DNA of 64,000 nt from the human T2T-CHM13v2.0 reference genome, Homo sapiens. Each line of letters starts with the position of its first letter. Within the stretch, counting starts at the first letter, position 1. The position numbers were made by a program, and so were the translations under genes. The notes beneath the pieces are model-generated. The model did no database searches, was not told the origin of the DNA, and saw only the letters and a program-made list of their open reading frames with translations. Positions 28,926 through 48,018 of the stretch are shown here, in pieces. The stretch is taken from NCBI GenBank assembly GCA_009914755.4, contig CP068257.2, forward strand, positions 27,296,001 through 27,360,000, read 5' to 3'.

Positions 28926-31322
28926 ATAAGAAATTCAACATAATGTACAGGCATACCTTGTTTTATTGGGCTTAATATTTACTGGGCTTTGTAAATGCTG
29001 CAATTTTAAAAATTGAAGATTTGTGGCAACCCTGCATTGAGCAAGTTTATTGGCACCATTTTACAACAATATATGCTCATTTTGTGTCTCTGTGTCACAT
29101 TTTGGTAATTCTCACAATATTTCAAACTTTTTCATTATTATGTCTGTTATAGTGATCTGCAATCAGTGACTTTTGATGTTACGATTGTAATGTTTGGGGG
29201 TGCCACAAACCATTGCCATATAAGAGGGCAAACTTAATCAACAAATATTGTGTGTGTGTTCTGACTGCCCCGCTGACCGACCATTCCCTAATCTCTCTTC
29301 TCTGTCCTTAGGCATCCCTATTCCCTTAGACACAACAATGCTGAAATTGGGCCAGTTAATTACACTACAATGGCCTCTAAATGTTCAAGTGGAAGGAAGA
29401 GTCACACATCTCTCTAAAACAAAAGCTGGAAATGATGAAGCTTAGCAAGGAAGGCATGTTGAAAGCCAAGACAGGTGGAAAACTAGGCCTCTTGTGCCAA
29501 ACAGCCAAGTTGTGAATGCAAAGGAAAAGTTATTGAAGGAAATTAAAAGTGCCACTCCTGTGAGCCCAAGAGTAACAGAAAGTGACATAGACTTACTGCT
29601 GATATGGACAAAGTTTTAGTGGTCCAGACAGAAGATCAAACGAGCCACAACATTCCCTTAATCCAAAACCGAATCCAGAGCAAGGCCCTAATTCTCTTTA
29701 ATTCTATGAAGGCTGAGAGGTGAGGAAGCTGCACAAGAAAAGACTGACGCTAGCAAAGGGTGGTTCATGAGGTTTAAAAGAAGAAACCATCTCCACAATA
29801 CAAAAGTACAAGGTGAAGCAGCAAGTGCTGATGTAGAAGCTGCAGCATGTTATACAGAAGATCTAGCTAAGATCAATAATGAAGGTGGCTACACTAAACA
29901 GATTTTCAGTGGAGGTAAAACAGTCACATATTAGAAGAAGATGTCATCTAAGACTCTCATAGCTAGCAAGAAGTCAATGCCTGGCTTCCAAGTTTCAAAG
30001 GACTGGCTGACTCTCGTTAGGGGCTAATATAGCTGGTAACTTTAAGTTGAAGCCAATGCTCATTTCTCATTTTAAAAATCCCAGGGTTCTTAACCTTATG
30101 CTAAATCTACTTTGCCTGTGCTCTATAAGTGGAATAACAAGGACTAAATTACAGCACGTTTATAGCGTGGTTTATTCAATATCTTAAGCCCACTGTTGGA
30201 AAAACGAAGGAAAAAAAGAAAAAAATTCTACAATAAGTAGAAATATTACTACTCATTGACAATGCACCTGGGTAACCCAAGACCTCTGATGGAGATGTAC
30301 AAGGAAATTAATGTTGTTTTCATGCCTGCTAACACAACATCCATTCTGCAGCCCATGAATCAGAGTAATTTTAACTTTCAAATCTTAATATTTAAGAAAT
30401 ACATTTCATTAAGCTATAGCAGCCATAGACAGTGATTCCTCTGATGGATCTGGGCAAAGTCCACTGAAAACCTTCTGGAAAAAACTCACCATTTTAGATG
30501 CCATTAAGACATTCATGAACCATGGGAAAAGGCTAAAATAGCAACATTAATAGGAGTTGAGAAGCTGATTCCAACCCTCATGGATGACTTTGAGAGGTTC
30601 AAGACTTTAGTGTAGGAAGCAACTGCAGATGTGGAGGAAAGAGGCAAAGAACTAGAATGAGACATGAAGCCTCAAGATGTGACTGAAATGCTGCAATATC
30701 ATAATAAAATGTGGATGGATGAGGAGTTCCTTCTTACAGATAAGAAAGTGGTTTCTTGAGGTGGAATCTACTCCTGGTGAAATGCCGTGAACATTGTTGA
30801 CATGACCACAAAGGATTTATAATATTACATAAACTTAGATGATACAGCAGTGGCAGGGTTTGAAAGGATTGACTCCAATTTTGAAAGAAGTTCTTCTTTG
30901 GGTAAAATGCTATCAAACAGCATCATATGCTACAGAGAAATCTTTCATGAAAGGAAGAGTCAATCAATGCAGCAAACTGCACTATTGTCCTTATTTTAAG
31001 AAATTGTCACAGCCACTCCAGCCTTCAGATACCACCACCCTGGTCAGTCAGCAGCCATGAACATTGAGGCAAGACTCTCCATCAGCAAAATGATTACAAC
31101 TCGCTGAAGGCTGAGATGATCATTAGCACTGTTTAGCAATAAATTAATTTTAAATTAAGATATGTACATTGGTTTTCAGATATAATGTTATTGCACACTT
31201 AATAGACTGTAGTGTACACATAACTTTTATATGCACTGGCAATCCAAAATACTTGTGTAACTTGCTTTATTGCTGTGGTGTGGAACTGAACTTACGATGT
31301 CTCTGAGATATGCCAGTATGAA
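28926..31322 (+). mobile_element. Tigger1 (pogo/Tc1-mariner superfamily DNA transposon), near full length (about 2.4 kb), with decayed transposase ORF
   Basis: 5' end 'caggcataccttgttttattgggctt...'. Internal translation matches Tigger1/CENP-B-like transposase (...IKEKVELIKEAEKG..NAKEKLLKEIKSATPVSPRVTESDIDLL.., ..FQSMKAERGEEAA.., ..[33 protein letters not shown].., ..[65 protein letters not shown]). 3' end '...tgctttattgctgtggtgtggaactgaacttacgatgtctctgagatatgcc'. Confidence 0.8.
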
Positions 31323-32583
31323 CATATCTAATGAAAGAAGCTGCCTAGCTGTAAGGAGATGAGGAGGCTAGTGAGTCATGGAAGCGCAGGCAGCAAACAC
31401 TGGCTAGGAACTTCCAATCACTGCTCAGGAAGAGGATTTTCTTCCACACAGATGTGAGTATTTGCACTTCACGGCAGGTACATTCCTAAGTTGGAAATGG
31501 ATACATTAGTCTACTCTTATCAAATTATTTGCACCCCCTGCTCTGAATCAAGGCTTATCAAGGAGCTTTCTGATAATTTAGCTCTTCATGTAACTTGGCT
31601 ACAGGGAGAGAAGGCACTAGATAAACTAAGGCAAATAGTGTGCCTGATAAGTCATATTCCTCATTGAAAAATAATAAATATTCTGTATTTATTTTGTAAA
31701 AATAAAACTATGGGGAAAATGGGGAGTTACTGTTTAATGGATACAGGGTTTCAGTTTTGCAAGATGAATTAAGTTATGGAAACTGCACAACGATGTAAAT
31801 ATACTTGATGCTACTGAACTGTACATTTAGAAATGGTTAAGATGGTAAATTTCATGCTATGTGTTTTTTTTACTACAATTTAAAAAATAGAAAAAAACTT
31901 GCAAATTCAAGAGTTAGCTATGAAAACAGAAAAATAATTTGAAAATGCTTTAAAAAGGAGTAAGAATTTCAGGTAGCTAGTCATAACATCTCTACAGTTG
32001 GAAAAGTGTTAGTTATAACATTTACATCCTCATTAGGAAAGAATACTTAAGCCGTTTTGAAAATTTGTAAATTGTTTATGTTCTTTCATTTCTTTTCATT
32101 ATTCTTACCACTAATTTTCTTAGTCAGTGGCAATCACACAAAGACTGGAAGATTTTTATTTACCTACATAGTGTTCCAGAGTAGAGAAAACTTAATTTTC
32201 TCATGTGTTCTACCCAAAGCTAGAACCACCAATCCATTTCTGCAGTAGAAAAAGTAACTAGAATAACAGCAGAAAGTTGTAGCTTTAATTAAAAGATAAT
32301 AAAATGTTTAAATCTGCCTTTGTTACCTTCTAGGAAAGAAACACTGGATTTTCCAGAGCCTGTTCATTTTTCCCTAATATTACTAACCAGAAAAATACTA
32401 CTACAGGAAAGGAAAAGAACAAATATCTTCCCACATTATAGGAAGAAAGTTACAATAATGAGGAAGTTCTCTAACACAGAACCTGACTATCTGACCATAT
32501 TTATTGTGTAAATAGGACTACGGTTATAATATTTCTATTCCCATAAATACAAAAAAAAAAAGAAAAAAAAATCCCTAAGATAC

Positions 32584-32625
32584 CTTTTCAATAATCTTAA
32601 GAAGAGAATTCCATTTCAAGTCCAC
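32584..32625 (-). CDS. LTN1: LTN1 exon 11 (putative): VDLKWNSLLKIIEK
   Basis: Acceptor ctctttttcttttttcag|GTG, donor AAG|gtatct; in-frame TAG follows the donor. Phase 0 in and out, linking exon 10 (…DDLTK) to exon 12. Confidence 0.55.
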
Positions 32626-32667
32626 CTGAAAAAAGAAAAAGAGTTAGAAACAATCTGCTAGAACAAC

Positions 32668-32790
32668 TTTTTGTTTGAGATGGGGTTTTGCTATGTTGCC
32701 CAGGCTAGTCTAGAACTCATGGGCTCAAGCCAATGTCTCACCTCAGCCTCCTGAGTAGCTGGGACTACATGCATGCGCCAACATGCCCAG
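32668..32790 (-). mobile_element. Alu fragment (minus orientation)
   Basis: 'gagatggggttttgctatgttgcccaggctagtctagaactcatgggctcaagc...cctgagtagctgggactacatgc'. Confidence 0.75.
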
Positions 32791-33089
32791 CTAAAACTTT
32801 TAAAAAGTAAATGAAGTACCCATGTAACCAATACAAAACTAAAATGTTCTTATCCAACTTTTTAAATGTATAGATTAAAAGAATTCACCTTTTAATTACA
32901 AGTATTTGTCACCCTGGTACTGCTGAACATCTACCCAGCAGCCCTAGATACTTCCCAAATCATGATCAAGAATATATTGCTTGTCCTAAAATTGACACTC
33001 ACAGTGAAGAAACAACCAGAAAACAATAAGCAGGCTCATTCTACTCATCTATTATTCAAATAGTTTGAAAAGATATACAACAGGAATAC

Positions 33090-33899
33090 CTTGGTTAGAT
33101 CATCCAAGACTTTTTTTCTTTCCATATCATTGTCACAGCACCGGAGAGCACTGTACAAAATGTCCACCAGGAAACCAAAATCCTTCCTTTGATCTTCATT
33201 TAGCCAACCTATCAGTTTCTGGTATAAAAACTGCACCGCAGGATTTTTTTGTACAAGCTTGGCTATTTCAAGAGGTTTGGCTTGGACAATACTCTGTTTT
33301 TCATCACCAAGTAGCATTTTAAATACTCGGCTTGAAGAAAAGGAGTCAAGCAGAGTAGAAAGAAACCTTAGATGTTGCTCTGACTTTCGTTCATTGACAT
33401 AATTAATACTTATATCTGCGAGTTTACAGACTAAGTCTTCCAAAGGTTTTTTCCTTAGAGGAGACAAAAGGCCTGAAGAATTATGAGTGAGAGAAGGTTC
33501 AGTTGTTAATTCCCAGCCTTCAATCTTCTCTCCTTCTGAAGATACACATTTTTCATTCTCTTTATTGCTTTCAAGTATCTCATCAGCAAATCTAACCTTA
33601 CCATTTTTTTTTTTACTTGACTTCAATGAGCTCTTCGGCTTCTGAAGCACCTGTAATAGGTTAGATACACCCAAAACGGACTCAACATCAGCTTCTGGCT
33701 CACTGATTTTCGCAACACAGATCTCTGACAGTCTTTCCCAGAAATGTATCAGTACGTTCTCCAAGTTGTGAGCTGTTTTTTCATCTTTTTCCGTGTCTGC
33801 TTTGGCTTCCCAGGAACTTAGAGTTTCTGCTAAATGGTTAAATAGCTGCCCATGTTGCAATCCTGGGTCTTTGAGAACTGCATCAATAAAAGGGATCAA
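33090..33899 (-). CDS. LTN1: LTN1 exon 10 (810 nt, 270 codons): [270 protein letters not shown]
   Basis: Acceptor ctaccttttctttcag|TTG at 33899; 292-aa ORF on the track; matches my recollection of listerin residues about 438–707. Donor placed at AAG|gtattc (33090). The 3' boundary is the least certain part. Confidence 0.85.
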
Positions 33900-35303
33900 C
33901 TGAAAGAAAAGGTAGAATATCATAAAATATATATTTGGTCTTCAACCCCCATCTCCTGGCACACAACTCTAAAATCCTTGGAATCTCCAAAGTGATATCA
34001 TTTCATAAGCTAATGGGTTGATTGATGGCTGGCAGCACCTGTATAGCAGGATGGGGGCTGATCACCAGAAAGACCAAGGCAGGATTAAAGGGCTAGAACT
34101 TTCAATACCTCCCCAACCTCCAGGGATAGAAAGGTAGCTAAAGGTTAAGCTGATCACCAGTGGCAATTACTTAATCATTCATGCCTAGTAATGAAGCCTC
34201 CATAAAAACGCAAGAAAGACAGCATTCAGGGAGCTTTCAGATAGCTGAACATGTGGAGGTTCCTGGAGAGTAGCGCACCCAGGGAGGGAGTGGAAGTTCT
34301 TCACCCCTTCCCGTATCTCACCGTGTGCATGTCTTCATTTGTATCCTTTGTAATATCATTTATAATAAACTGGTAAATTGTTTCTCTGAGTTCTGTGAGA
34401 CAGTCTAGCAAATTAAGCAAACCCCAGGAGGGGGTCATGGGATCCCTGATTTAGATGTACAGCTGGTTGGTCAGAAGCCCAGGTAAAACAGCCTGGGGCT
34501 TGCGATTGGCATCAGAAGTGGGGAGCGGTCTTGTGGGACTGAGTCCTAAGCCAGTGAGATCTGACACTATCTCCAGGTAGATAGTCAGAATTGAATTGGA
34601 GGACACATAGCTGGTATCTGCTGCAGAACTGACTGCTTGCTGGGTGGGAGAAATCTCCACATATTTGGTCACAGAAGTCTTCTGTGTTGATTACTATGAT
34701 GTGAGAATAGAGGAAAAATTGTTTTTTCCACTCACAGAAGGTAAAAAATTGAAAAGTTCAATTTTCAAGAGAAAATTTAAACAAAGTATTTGTAAAACAC
34801 TATTTCATATTTAATAACTGAAAAACATAAATTTTCCCCTAGAACTCTGAAAAAGTTAACCTAAAGATCCCTTTCATATCATACAAGAGCTTAATGATTT
34901 CACCTCAATTATTCCTTTTTCATGATAAAATTGACTGGGATTCTTGGTCATTAACAATCTAGTTTTCTTTGCATCTTCTGGATTTAAGTGTTTTGCTTTT
35001 CTGCCTTAACTATAGGCAAATCTAAGATATGAGACTATAAGTCAACATGAAAGATACCTAGGACCCACAGAGTGCGGAATCCTATTTCCTAAATTACAAA
35101 AATAAGGGTAGAGACATCCTAAGACCTGGGCTTCTATAATCTCACTAATTTCCTACTGTAAAGAACCATATTCCATAACCTTCTCTCATCTCTGGTTCTA
35201 AAAGCCAAGCCAAACTTTCACAAAGCATAATTTGAGTATTTTAGAATTAACAAGATGATTGCTTCATGATTTATTTAAACTTACTACAAAAGATCATAAA
35301 TAG

Positions 35304-36001
<698 letters not shown>

Positions 36002-36185
36002 CTAGCAACTGAGAGTATGGAATTTTTACTTATCTGGTCAGAAATACACATCACTCAATTGGTAAATTATAAAAATAAAATTTTTACAAGGAAGGCTTAT
36101 TACTGTAAATGGCAACAAGACACAATGAGCTTGATCCTACATAATCAGTATGCAAAGAGACTGACGACTTTTACATTATAGATAC

Positions 36186-36321
36186 CTGATCATTGACGAG
36201 CATCTGTTCAATCTCTTCCTCACCTAAGTTTTGCTGCATTATAAAACGTAAGCATTCAAAAAAAGCAGATATTACTGCCGAGGACTCTGAAGAGCTGGTT
36301 TTAGTTCTCTCTGTTGACAGC
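36186..36321 (-). CDS. LTN1: LTN1 exon 9. 1 nt then [44 protein letters not shown]
   Basis: Acceptor atttcttag|G, donor GATCAG|gtatc. GG + G gives Gly (…LVAG|LSTER…); joins exon 10 as …MLVNDQ|LIPFID, as in listerin. Confidence 0.85.
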
Positions 36322-36577
36322 CTAAGAAATAATTAATAACTGGATTACTCTTTCATGAAGAAGAAACAAGAACTCAGAATTATCAAAATAAAGACCTCAA
36401 AAAGGCATCATGACAGAAGAAACATTTTTAAAGCAGTTTCTTAAACTACAAATTAAATACCAATGAAAATACATATAGCCCAATGAGAATATGAACTTAA
36501 AAACTTTGAAAAAGTTTTTCAAAAAATGTATCAGTAAAAAATAAAAATAAGAGAATATTTCCTTTTTCTTTTTCTTC

Positions 36578-36698
36578 TTTTTTTTTAGAAATAGGGTCTT
36601 ACTATCTTGACCAGGCTGGTCTTGAACTCCTGGCCTCAAGCAATCCTCCCACTTTGGCCTGTGCTAGGATTACAGCTGTGAGGCACCACGCCTAGCCG
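36578..36698 (-). mobile_element. Alu fragment (minus orientation)
   Basis: 'tttttttttagaaatagggtcttactatcttgaccaggctggtcttgaactcctggcctcaagcaatcctcccac...'. Confidence 0.75.
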
Positions 36699-37271
36699 AG
36701 ATATTAATTTTCTATTCATGGACCAATCCACCTGCAAATTCGAGATAACTTATTAACCAAATAAAGATAATGGTGTAGTAAAAAAAATCTGTAATCATTA
36801 ATAAAATGATGTATCTTCTAAGTTCAACAAATGTACTGAAACAGTTTTTTTAAGTGTGAATTTAAACATCTATAGTAGTTAAAGTTGTTGATGTTTTAAA
36901 AATTTCACTGGCTAATTTTCTGCATTTAGGCATTTGTATTTATCAACATAAAGAATAAAAAATGGCTACATGTGTCTGTGGTGCAATTGGTTAGCACATT
37001 CTGCTGTTAAAAAAATGGCTAATTTGAAAAATAGCCTAGTTGACCTATTTCCAACAAGGAGCTTTACCTTATTTATCTAACTTCCTGCTGTGTGCTACCA
37101 CTGAAGTCTTGAACGTACTCAAGAAAAAAATATCAATTGTAATTCTCTGAAAACTTTAAAAGTATTTAATGAATAGTAAAACAACTTGGAGAAATTTAAG
37201 TAAGAAAGAAAATGAGTATAAAAACAAGAAAATCTGTTTTGTTTTAAAAATCAAAAATTTAAATTACTTAC

Positions 37272-37462
37272 CCAGCAACTAGAGACGTGAGGAAATTTTT
37301 GAAGAAATCCAACTTTGGATTTGTGATGGACTGAGGGAGCTTGCTGATGAATGGCAGAAGGTAAGGATATATGACAGTAGCTAGACCCCGACCACCTTCA
37401 CGAATCACAGTTGATAGCTTGGGAAACACACTCTTTTTTGCATTTACATGAAGCCAACAGTC
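37272..37462 (-). CDS. LTN1: LTN1 exon 8: [63 protein letters not shown] plus 2 nt
   Basis: Acceptor tttggttag|GAC, donor GCTGG|gtaagt. Continuous with exon 7 (…TTIE|DCWLH…). Confidence 0.9.
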
Positions 37463-37990
37463 CTAACCAAACAAAAGATTATAGTAGTAATTAGAGATCA
37501 TAAACATACTTTTCTCAATTAAAAGAGAAAACATATAGGCTCTCAAAAAGAAAAACCAAGTATTTTACCTAAAAAAAGCTAAAATCTTTCACCACCATTA
37601 AAAACTAAAACTGAAATTATAAATGTATTACATATAATGATCATATATTCGACATGCTTACAATAAAGTATTGATTAGAAATAATTATTTAACTTCTATT
37701 TCTATAAAAGCTGCTTTCTAAAAGGGACAATTATATTTCAATCTTAATTATATTTCATCTTAAATATAAAATTCAGTTATGGTGACTGCACTAGGACACA
37801 TAAGGTTTAAAGAATAATTAATACTGGCAAAACAAAATAAAATAAAAACTCTATGCCATTTTAGTCACTTTAAGATTTATGCCAAGTTTAGATTATTTTA
37901 TTTCCAAGAAAGCATTTTCCCAGTAAGTTTTGGATATTCTTATCTCATAGGTTCATTCCTCAGTGTACTAAATGTGCCTCTCTTACATAC

Positions 37991-38164
37991 CTCAATAGTT
38001 GTAAGTGTATAGAGTACAGCTTCCCAGAGAGCTGGGCAGACAATTGGGTCACTGTCATCAATGCTAAGTAGAACTGATGGGCTCACTTTGGATGCTTCCT
38101 CTTTCATCAACTGTGGAATGCGCTGGCACAATGCAGAGACTAACTCAAAATAAGCTGAGCGAAT
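37991..38164 (-). CDS. LTN1: LTN1 exon 7 (58 codons): [58 protein letters not shown]
   Basis: Acceptor cattcttttag|ATT, donor GAG|gtatgtaag. ORF-track entry 37940–38131 contains it. Confidence 0.9.
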
Positions 38165-39129
38165 CTAAAAGAATGCAAAGCTGAATTAAATTAAAACCTA
38201 GTAAAACTTGATAAGATTTTTAATTTATGGTAATAGTAGATTATTCACACTAACCCTCCCACTAAGAAAACTAAAATAGCTAGAAAAAATACTTTTTAAA
38301 ATCTTAGAGTATGAAATGGCTGAAAAGGCATAAGGAATTACCAAGGCAAAAGTGAAGGCTGAAAGAATTAATTCAACTTTCTCTTTCTTTGACTGAAGCA
38401 AACACAAATCCTCTTTAGTAGCAGAAGCCTTCATTTGGGGCCTCCATTATAGCCAAACAAACAGAAAATAAGACACCATGAGCAACAATCAGGAGAAATA
38501 AAAGATCTGAGACTTTAAATCTTAGAATGATCAGTCACAAATTCTATAATACAATGCTTATTATATTTAAAGGAACAAAAGTTTTAAAAAACTTGTAAGA
38601 AAAAGGATCCTGGAAAAAGCAGAGCAGATCGGAAAAAGATCAAGCACAATTACTCAACTAAAAATAATTAAAACTTAAAGCTCAACTCGTAGTTTAAGAA
38701 CAATGCAATGGTCTGAATGTCTCCCTCCAAAATTAGTATGTTGAAACTTAATCACCAGTGTGATAGTATTAAGAAGCGAGGACTCTAGGAGATGATTAGG
38801 TCTTGAGAGCACTACCCTCATGAATAGGATCAGAGGGCCCTTACAAAAGGGTATGAGAGACCATGTTTACTCCTTCTGCCATGTGAGGACACAGCAAAAA
38901 GTAGCCATCTTTGAAACAGAGAAAGCAACCCTCACCAGACACTGAATCTGCTGGCACCTTGATCTTGAAATTTCCAGCCTACAGAACCGTGAGAAATAAA
39001 TTTTTATTATTTACAAATTACTCCATCTAAGGTACAGTTTATCCCTTGGTACCTGCAGGGGATTGGATCAAGGATATCCCACCCTCCCACCCCCACACAT
39101 ATACCAAATTCTCAGGAATTACATAAAAT

Positions 39130-39245
39130 GTCCCTGACATAAAATGGCGTAATATAGTCGGCCCTCCATATCCACGGGTTCCTCATCTACAGTTGATTGA
39201 ATCCACACATGCAGAACCTGCAGATATGGAAGGCTGACTGTATTT
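39130..39245. repeat. Palindromic MITE-like repeat (inverted arms 'tagtcggccctccatatc' … 'gatatggaaggctgactgtat'). A related copy lies at 5700–5760
   Basis: Self-complementary ends visible in the sequence; family not assigned. Confidence 0.35.
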
Positions 39246-39249
39246 TGTT

Positions 39250-43408
<4,159 letters not shown>

Positions 43409-43483
43409 CTATAAATTGAGTACAACCACAATTAAAATTCTAGTTAGACGTTTTTGAGAAATTCAATAAATGTACTGGAATTT

Positions 43484-44147
<664 letters not shown>

Positions 44148-44165
44148 TTAGGACATATCATAAGG

Positions 44166-44720
<555 letters not shown>

Positions 44721-44757
44721 TCAGAACATAATTTAGGGCAAATTTCTGAATGTATGA

Positions 44758-45050
<293 letters not shown>

Positions 45051-45668
45051 ATATATAAGAACTTAATGTCTTGTAACGGCATGACCACAGATCAACAGGG
45101 AAAAAAAATAAACAGTTTACTAGGTAATGTTAGGAAAACTGACTCACCATATATGAAGAAAAATGTAACTAGATCTATACTTAACACCAAATGAAAAGGT
45201 AGATTATTGATGAAGTGAAGATTTTATATGAAAGGTAAAACTGCATATAAAGCCTACAACTATAAAGCTAAAAAATTCAAAATATAAGAATATCTTTATG
45301 ACTTAAAGGTGGGAATAGCCTTCATAAGGCAAAAATCAGTGACTTTGATCACATCAAAATTTTCTTTCTGACATAAGACACATGGGAGAGATGACAGAAT
45401 GGGAGCTTTTTTGCATTGCCTAAAAATGACAAAAGATAATCTGTCATGAGATTAGAATTTTTAAAAAAGACAAAAAGACTAATATTTAATTATAAAAGGG
45501 ACTCCTGCATAAAAAGAAAAAGAGAACTCCAAAGAAGGAAAAATGAACAAGAAACACAAAAACAAAAACGCTAAAAATTCTTGAAGAGATGCAAAATCAC
45601 CAATAAGGAAAGTAATTCCAGTTAAAGAGAGATATCACCTGAATTCCTATTAGGCTGATGAAAAATTA

Positions 45669-45910
45669 AGCAGCTGAATGTTGCCTACTGAAGGCTAGAA
45701 TACAAGGTTATGTAGTAGCAGCTGAATGTTGCCTACTGAAGGCTAGAATATAAGGTTATGTAGTAGCAGCTAAATGCTGCCTACTGAAGGCTAGAATATA
45801 AGGTTATGTAGTAGCAGCTGAATGCTGCCTAGTGATGGCTAGAATATAAGGTTATGTAGTAGCAGCTGAATGCTGCCTAGTGATGGCTAGAATATAAGGT
45901 TATGCAGTAT
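45669..45910. repeat. Minisatellite: about 5 tandem copies of a 48-bp unit (agcagctgaatgttgcctactgaaggctagaatacaaggttatgtagt) with point variants
   Basis: Direct tandem repetition visible (…gcagctgaatgYtgcctaStgaWggctagaatataaggttatgtagta…), inside LTN1 intron 6. Confidence 0.85.
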
Positions 45911-46357
45911 AAGAGTCATCACGTATTGATGGTTGAGTCTAGAGTAATGCAGCCCTTCAGGAGAGCAATCTGGCACTATTTTAGGAAATTAGGTATGCAC
46001 ACACTTCACTGACTCAGCAATTCAGATAATTTCTTAAGATCCAAGGACACATGAATGAAGATGTTCATTGCTGCATTACTTGTGAAGGCAAGGAGTTGGA
46101 GGCAATCAGGATCTATCACTGGAGGAATGGGCAGGTTAAATGAATAGGTAATGCAAACTTCTGAATACTACAAGGCAGTTAGAAGTCATGAATCAGATGT
46201 ACATACAGGAACATGATGGATCTCTTTTGAAAAAGTAATAAATGGAATAAAATATAACAGTATCATTTATGTGAATTAAAAACTCAAGCACACACAAAAG
46301 CACGTTTTTCAAAAATACAGTCAATTCTCACAAATCCCATGTTTGCCAATTCACCTA

Positions 46358-46690
<333 letters not shown>

Positions 46691-47089
46691 GGAAAAATAA
46701 ACAAAAAACTTGCAGTGTCTTGCAGTCATTTGTGGACATGCATAGAATGGCAAAAAATCTGAGTCACCCACGTGCACATTCCCAGCTGAGGTTGAACAAG
46801 GCGACGTTCCCTTATTTCAGCTCTCATACTGTAAACAAGTGTCCTTTTCACAGTACTTTTTCAAATTTTTGTGCTTTTGATTGGTGATTTCATGTTTTAA
46901 ATGGCCTCCAAGCAGCAGCACTGAAGTGCTGTCTATTGTATCTAGGCACAAGAACGCTATGATATGCCTTACAAAGAAAATATGAGTTAGATACGCTTTA
47001 TCCAGGCATGAGTTTTAGTGCTGTTGGCCGTGAGTTCAATGCTAATGAATCAACAATAGCTATGAAAAAAAGGTGTCTTTATACAGAAA

Positions 47090-47300
47090 CACACATAAAA
47101 CAAGGTTATGGTGGGGTGGGGGGAGGGGGGAGGGATAGCATTAGGAGATATACCTAATGCTAAATGACGAGTTAAGGGGTGCAGCACACCAGCATGGCAC
47201 ATGTATACATATGTAACTAACCTGCACATTGTGCACATGTACCCTAAAACTTAAAGTATAATAATAATAATTAAAAAAAAGAACTACCAAAAAAAAAAAA
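47090..47300 (+). mobile_element. L1 3'-terminal fragment (last ~150 bp of the 3' UTR plus A-rich tail)
   Basis: 'gggagggatagcattaggagatatacctaatgctaaatgacgagttaaggggtgcagcacaccagcatggcacatgtatacatatgtaactaacctgcacattgtgcacatgtaccctaaaacttaaagtataataataat' matches the L1 3' end. Confidence 0.8.
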
Positions 47301-47837
47301 CAAGGTTATGTACTGGTTATGTCAGTTATCAACTGACAAAAATGCTGTGAATAGCTCACAAGAACCTAACCCTGCATTTCCCGTAAGGGCAATGCCTCAG
47401 TATTCACTAAGTCAGTATTCATGATGAGTTTATAGAAAGTAACTACTAAGAATGATAAGAATCAACTGCACAAACAAAAGCACATATATTAAACATAGTA
47501 GACCAGTCAGCCAGTGAAAGTAGAGAATGGAGAGATAGACAAAAGGGAAAAAATAAATTAATTAAATGAGAAGAGACTTGCACACACCAATTTTAAGGTG
47601 CTATGAACAAAGGAGTATGGTAATTCATACTGATAATTCTAAATCTGAGGCCCAAACTAAATAAAAAAGTAAAAACAGAGTAACATTCTAGTAAGAGAGG
47701 TAATTCAGTAAATGAATAGCCTACCACACAGATGTGCTTGCAGAGTTCTAAGTATAAACAATAAACATAAAACATAAACTAAGAAGATGGGGGTAAGGAA
47801 TCAGAGAAATGTCTTAAGATAAAAAAGATTAATATAC

Positions 47838-48018
47838 CTGAGGTACACTGTGTTTTCCATACTTCCAAAACTTATTCTGTGATAAAAGAGACTTAAATTT
47901 CTCCTCCAGAGAATCAAGCTCATTATCAGGTAAAAGGCAAAGTAATCTCTTTAATGCCAATAAGGAACAAGTTACAACCCGGTAGAATTTAGCTTCTCTT
48001 TCTTCCTCTGGAACAGTT
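47838..48018 (-). CDS. LTN1: LTN1 exon 6. 1 nt then [60 protein letters not shown]
   Basis: Acceptor ttttatatcaag|A, donor CAG|gtatatta. CA + A gives Gln (…LSDPQ|TVPEEE…), as in listerin. Confidence 0.9.

Noticed and set aside
29248-31060. ORFs 29248–29445 (+), 30839–31060 (+) and 30734–30916 (−)
   Set aside because: They fall inside the Tigger1 fossil: decayed transposase frames and an antisense chance ORF.
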